Part shown: positions 58,801 through 64,000 of the stretch, piece after piece
Layout of the letters: every line of letters begins with the position of its first letter
Position numbering within the stretch: the stretch's first letter is position 1
Assembly (NCBI RefSeq): GCF_009914755.1
Contig: NC_060941.1
DNA: 64,000 bases
Source of the DNA: the human T2T-CHM13v2.0 reference genome, Homo sapiens
Reading direction: 5' to 3' (one strand)
Program-made: the position numbers and the translations under genes
The notes under the pieces: generated by a model
What the model saw: the letters and a program-made list of their open reading frames with translations, nothing else
Told to the model about the DNA's origin: nothing
Databases searched by the model: none

Positions 58801-59907
58801 CCACAGTTTGATTTCCCATCTCTACTCTCCTGGGGTGGATTCTGGCATCATGACTGGGGAGGGAGAGGTGACCCATAAAAGGGAAGGCTGGAATGATGTC
58901 ATGGGCAAGGAGCTGCCTTTGGCGGGGGATGCACAGTGGTGGAGAAGACATGAGCAGTCAGAATCCTCCCTGCATTGGGGCGCTCACGTGGGGCTGTGCC
59001 TGATGTGGGGAGTAAGGGGAAGCTGGAGCAGGAGGTCTGGAGCCACCTGGCCCTCTTGGGCCTGACACCCTTCCACTGCAGGGCCTCTATCACCTCCTCC
59101 TGTGGTCCTGCCTCCTGGGATCCTGCCCTGCAGTGTTTCTGCAGGGATCTTCTCACCTGGAACTTGCTGTGGCAGGTTTCATGTGAGGTAGAGTTTAGCA
59201 AATGTTGATTGGCCTCTGTGCCTTACTTTTCTTCATATGCTTTGCTCATTCTGTGCGTGTTTCTGTAGGGTCCTTTTTTGGTTCCTATATTGATTTGAAG
59301 GATTTATCTTAAATCTGTAAATTAATCCTTGATTGCCTCATTTTTGTCATAGATACTTATTCTCTAGTTTGATCGTTATTTACTTTCTGTTGATTTCATA
59401 CTAGTACACAGTAATCTTGTTGATAACAATCATGTATCTAGGATGTTTTTGTAACAGTTTTGGGGTTATGGATTGTCTAAGCATGTAATAGTGTCACACA
59501 CACATAATGACAATTTTTTTTGGTTAAAAAAAATCCTAATGCCTTTTATTTCTTTGTTCTTGCTGTATTGTTTCTCCAGTACAATGCTGATTAAAGAGTG
59601 ATAGCAGGCATCCTCGTCTGGTCCTGCACTGGGGGAAAAAGCTTCCCATGATTCTCTATTAATTATGTTGTTTGTTACAGGCTCATATTAGACAAACCAT
59701 CAAATTAAAGAAGTTGCCATCTTTTATGTTTTACTCAGACTCGTTTTTATGGTTCAGTTTTAAGTGTTATTAAATGTTTTTTTAAAAACTTAACCTAAAT
59801 GATCTTATTATTTTTGCCTGTATTTTTGTGCTAATGGGATGACTTACATGATTTATTTTGAATGTTAAGGAGCCTTGCATTTTGGGGTATATTCCACTTG
59901 GTATTGA

Positions 59908-60283
<376 letters not shown>

Positions 60284-60799
60284 TCATGTAATATTTTGCT
60301 TAGAATATTTGTAGCTTTGTTTATGAAAGAGGAGATACATACTGTTTATGAAAGAGGTGACCTAATTTTCTTCTTTTTTGTTCCATAATGCGTCCTGGTC
60401 CAATTGTGTTCTCAATCTAATACTGGCTCCACACAAAACTTTAAAAATACTATCTTTATTTCCCAGCAGTTTGGGAAATTTTGGTGTTTTTCTGCCTTGA
60501 ATGTATGGAGTATTCTATAATTATGAGCTTGGAGTTTTACTTGTGAAACATTTTTGTTTGCTGGGTTTCTTTTCAAGAATTTATTCAATTTGTTTAGTAG
60601 GCAGGAGTTTTTCTATTTCATGTTATGTTTGGATTAGTTTGGGTAAGGTGGTTTTTAAAATGTGGTGCATTTTGTTCTCTGTTGAGTTTTTAGACCTACA
60701 TACTTCTTCAAATCCTTAGTTCTTATTAAGGTCTACAGGCTCTGTAAAGAATGTGTCTGTGTTGATTGCTCTCTCGTGTTTGCGTTAACCCCTCTTTTC

Positions 60800-61860
60800 T
60801 CTCTTCATCCTGAGCTGCCTGGAGTTGGGGGAGGGATGATGCAAGCACCCCTCTGGCTACCACCACTGGGACTGCGCTGGGTCAGACGTGATGCCACCGT
60901 AATACTGAATCTTGCTAGAGGCCCGTGGCTAGTACTCATGGCTACCACTGATGTTTATTCAAGACCCAAGCAAGGGCTCTTTCATCAGCAAGTAATGAAC
61001 CCTGCCAGGACTGGGTCCTTCCTCCCTTCAGGGAAGTGGGCTCCCTGCTGGTCCAGGGTGTGTCTTGAAATGTCATCTGAGAGCTAGGCCCTGAATGGCT
61101 GCTTCAGGACTCTACTTGGTGCTCTGTTTTACTGTGGCTGAGCTGGTATCCAAGTTGCAAGGCAAAATGCTTTTTACTCTTCTCTCTCCTCCTGGAGCTG
61201 TGAGCTGGGCTGCCTTCGGCTGGAGGAAGTGTGATGCGAACACTCCCTTGGCTACACCAGCAGGTGTCTCACTGGGTCACCTGCATCCCAAGTTCACTGG
61301 CTCTGAGCCCAGTGCAGCACCAGCCCTTGCCCAGCAATGGCAATCCTTGTAGCCTAGACTGGCTTTCACATTTGTCTAGGACACCAAAGCACTTTAGCCT
61401 GCAGTGGTGATGGTGGGGTTAACGGAATTCGGGTTTTGATTACTGGGATGGAAGATTCCCCTCTGGCTAGGGCTGGTCTAAATGCTGCCTCCATGGGTGC
61501 TGGCTGAATTCTGCCTTGTGTTGCTCTCCACTGTGACAGGGCAGCGCTGAGTTTCAAGGTAAAGTCCCACAATCACTGAGCTCTCCCTGCCCTGGGTGCA
61601 CAGATTCCGTCTAAGCACCACGTGTGGCTGCTGCCGGGAGATGAGGGAGAGGTGGTGTAGGAGATTTGAGATTGTCTTTCCCCCTTTCTCCAGTTCCTCC
61701 TTCCTTGATACGATGTGAAAACCAGGCGCTGTGAACGCTCACCCGATTTTTGGTTCTCATGAAGATGCTTTTTTGTGTGGATAGTTGTTCCATCTGGTGT
61801 TAGTTCAGGGAGGAATAGAATCGCTGGAGAATTCTATTTGGCCATCTTGCTCTGTCTCCA
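60800..61860 (-). mobile_element. Older L1 5' region (L1PB/L1M-type)
   Basis: Typical L1 5' end in reverse, finishing ...ttctatttggccatcttg. Confidence 0.65.
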
Positions 61861-62254
61861 GGTCTCCCCTCCCTTTCTTATTCTTTATCACAGCTTCCCA
61901 GTGAATGACCCTGTAGTGCTGCCTTCCAGTGTTCATTCATTCATTCATTCATCAGATATTCATTAAGTGCCTCCTGTATGTCTGACACTATGTAGACACT
62001 TGGGGATGCAGTGGTGAATAAACCAGACAAGGTCCCTGTCCCCTTAGAGCTTACAGTCAGGTTGTGCACATGAAATGTAACTTTAAAATATTTTCTTATA
62101 CGAAGACACCCTCTGCCCCAATCTAGAAAGAAATCTGTTAGGCATCAAGCTTAGATTACTTGGTAAATATACAGCTATTTACTAATGTTAGTTAATGGAC
62201 TATAGAAAAGGGACAATGATATTTATTACAGTGTTTTGTTTTTTCTTTTATTGT

Positions 62255-63241
62255 TTAACTTTTATTTTAGGTTCAGGGGTACATGTGCAAGTTTGTTACA
62301 TGGATAAATTGCATGTTATGGGGGTTTGGTGTACAGATAATTTCATCACCCAGGTAATAAGCATGGTACCCGCTAGGTAGCTTTTTGATTCTCACCCTCC
62401 TCCCACTCTCCACCCTCAAGTAGGCCCTGGCGACTGTTGTTCCCTTCATTGCGTCCATGTGTACTTGATGTTTAGCTCCCACTTACAAGTGAGACTATGT
62501 GGTATTTGGTTTTCTGTTTCTGTGTTTGCTAACTATAATGGCCTTATAGCTCCATCCAAGTTTCTGCAAAGGACATGATCTCATTCTTTTTCATGGCTGT
62601 GTACATAGTAGTCCATGGTGTATGTATACCGCATTTTCTTTTTTCAGTCTACCTTTGATGGACCTTTAGGTTGATTCCATGTCTTTCCCACTGTGAATAG
62701 TGCCGTGATGAACATATGAACGAATGCATGTGTCTTTATGGTAGAATGCTTTATATTCCTTTTGTGTATACCCAATAATGTAATTCCTGGGTCAAATGGT
62801 AGTTTTAAGTTCTTTCAGAAATCACCAGCCTGCTTTCCATAGTGGCTAAACTCATCTGCATTCCCACCAGCAGTGTGTAAGTGTTCCCTTTTCTCTGCAA
62901 ACTCACAAGCATCTGTTATTTTTTGACTTTTTGGTAATAGCCTTTCTGACTGGTGTGAAATGGTATCTCACAGTGGTTTTGATTTATTTCCATTTCTCTA
63001 ATGTTTAGTGATGTTCAGCATTTTTTCATATGCCTGTTGGCCAGGTGTAAGTCCTCTTTTGAAAAGTGTCTTTTCACGTCCTTTGGCCACTTTTTAATGG
63101 CATTGTTTTGTTTTTGCTAATGAATTTATTTAAGTTCCTTATGGATTTCTGGATATTACACCTGTATTGGATGCATAGTTTGCAAATATTTTCTCTCATT
63201 CTGTAGGTTATCTGTTTACTCTGTTGATAGTTTCTTTTGCA
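62255..63241 (-). mobile_element. L1 3' end (older L1PA/PB)
   Basis: L1 3'UTR and ORF2 C-terminal sequence in reverse. Confidence 0.85.
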
Positions 63242-63364
63242 GACAGTGGAATACTATGCAGCAACTAAAGGAACCACCTAGCATGATGTGTATCAGTATG
63301 GATACATTGCAAAAACAAAGCTAAAAACAAGCTACCAGGCATATGAAGCACAGGATGGTAGAGG

Positions 63365-64000
63365 ACAAACTATACTACAAGGCTATAGTAACCAAAGCAT
63401 GATACTCATAAAAAAACAGGCACATATACCAATGGATCAGAGTAGAGAACTGAGAAGTCTGCACATGTACAACTATCTGATCTTCAACAAACCTGACAGA
63501 AAGAAGCAACGGGGAAAGGATTCCCTGTATAGTAAGTGGTACTGGGAGAGCTGGCTAGCCAAATGCAGAAAATTGAAACTGGGCCCCTTCCTTACACTTT
63601 ATACAAAAATTAAGACGGAGTGAAGGCTTAAATGTAAAACTCAAAACTATAAAAACCCTAGAAGAAAATCTAGGCAATACCATTCAGGACATAGACATGG
63701 GCAAAGATTGTATGATGAAATCACCAAAAGAAATTGCAACAAAAGCAAAAATTGACAAATGGGATCTAATTAAAGAGCTTCTGCACAGCAAAAGAAACTA
63801 TCATCAGAGCGAACAGACAACCTACAGAATGGGAGAAAACTTTTGCAATCTATCCATCTGACAAAGGTCTAATATCCAGAATCTACAAGGAACTTAAGCA
63901 AATTTACAAGAAAAAACATTAAAAAGTGTACAAAATTCATGAACAGACACTTCTCAAAAGAAGACATCCATGTGGCCAACAAATATAAAAAGCTCAACAT
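63365..64000 (+). mobile_element. L1 ORF2 fragment
   Basis: [10 protein letters not shown]...KDSL..KW. Covers L1 positions that overlap the adjacent minus-strand element, so it is probably a separate insertion. Confidence 0.85.

Noticed and set aside
57901-58811. Cys-rich ORFs as keratin-associated proteins
   Set aside because: Several frames are open because of low-complexity C/T bias; no CCxPxCC pattern.

Overview
Primate (almost certainly human) genomic DNA, Alu/L1-rich. It matches the 17p11.2 CCDC144NL segmental-duplication region; this assignment comes from recalled protein sequence, not a database search. Recognisable genes: the first two coding exons and CpG-island promoter of CCDC144NL (ANKRD26-derived, minus strand), a U6 snRNA pseudogene, and a semi-processed RNASEH1 retrocopy. 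The main unexpected signal is a heavily decayed multi-exon collagen-like 'ghost' gene on the minus strand from about 54.0 kb down to about 14.7 kb. It shows dozens of AG/GT-bounded segments, many 18, 27, 36, 45 or about 54/162 nt long, in which every third codon tends to be Gly or one substitution from Gly. It ends in remnants resembling a fibrillar-collagen C-propeptide (COLFI). Some of its exons now form an orphan CpG island. Also present: a palindromic CCAAT/TATA bidirectional promoter flanked by inverted copies of one first exon (about 55.25 kb), a twin-primed L1 and a degenerate ~40-bp repeat. Repeat subfamily names and many boundaries are approximate, read by eye.
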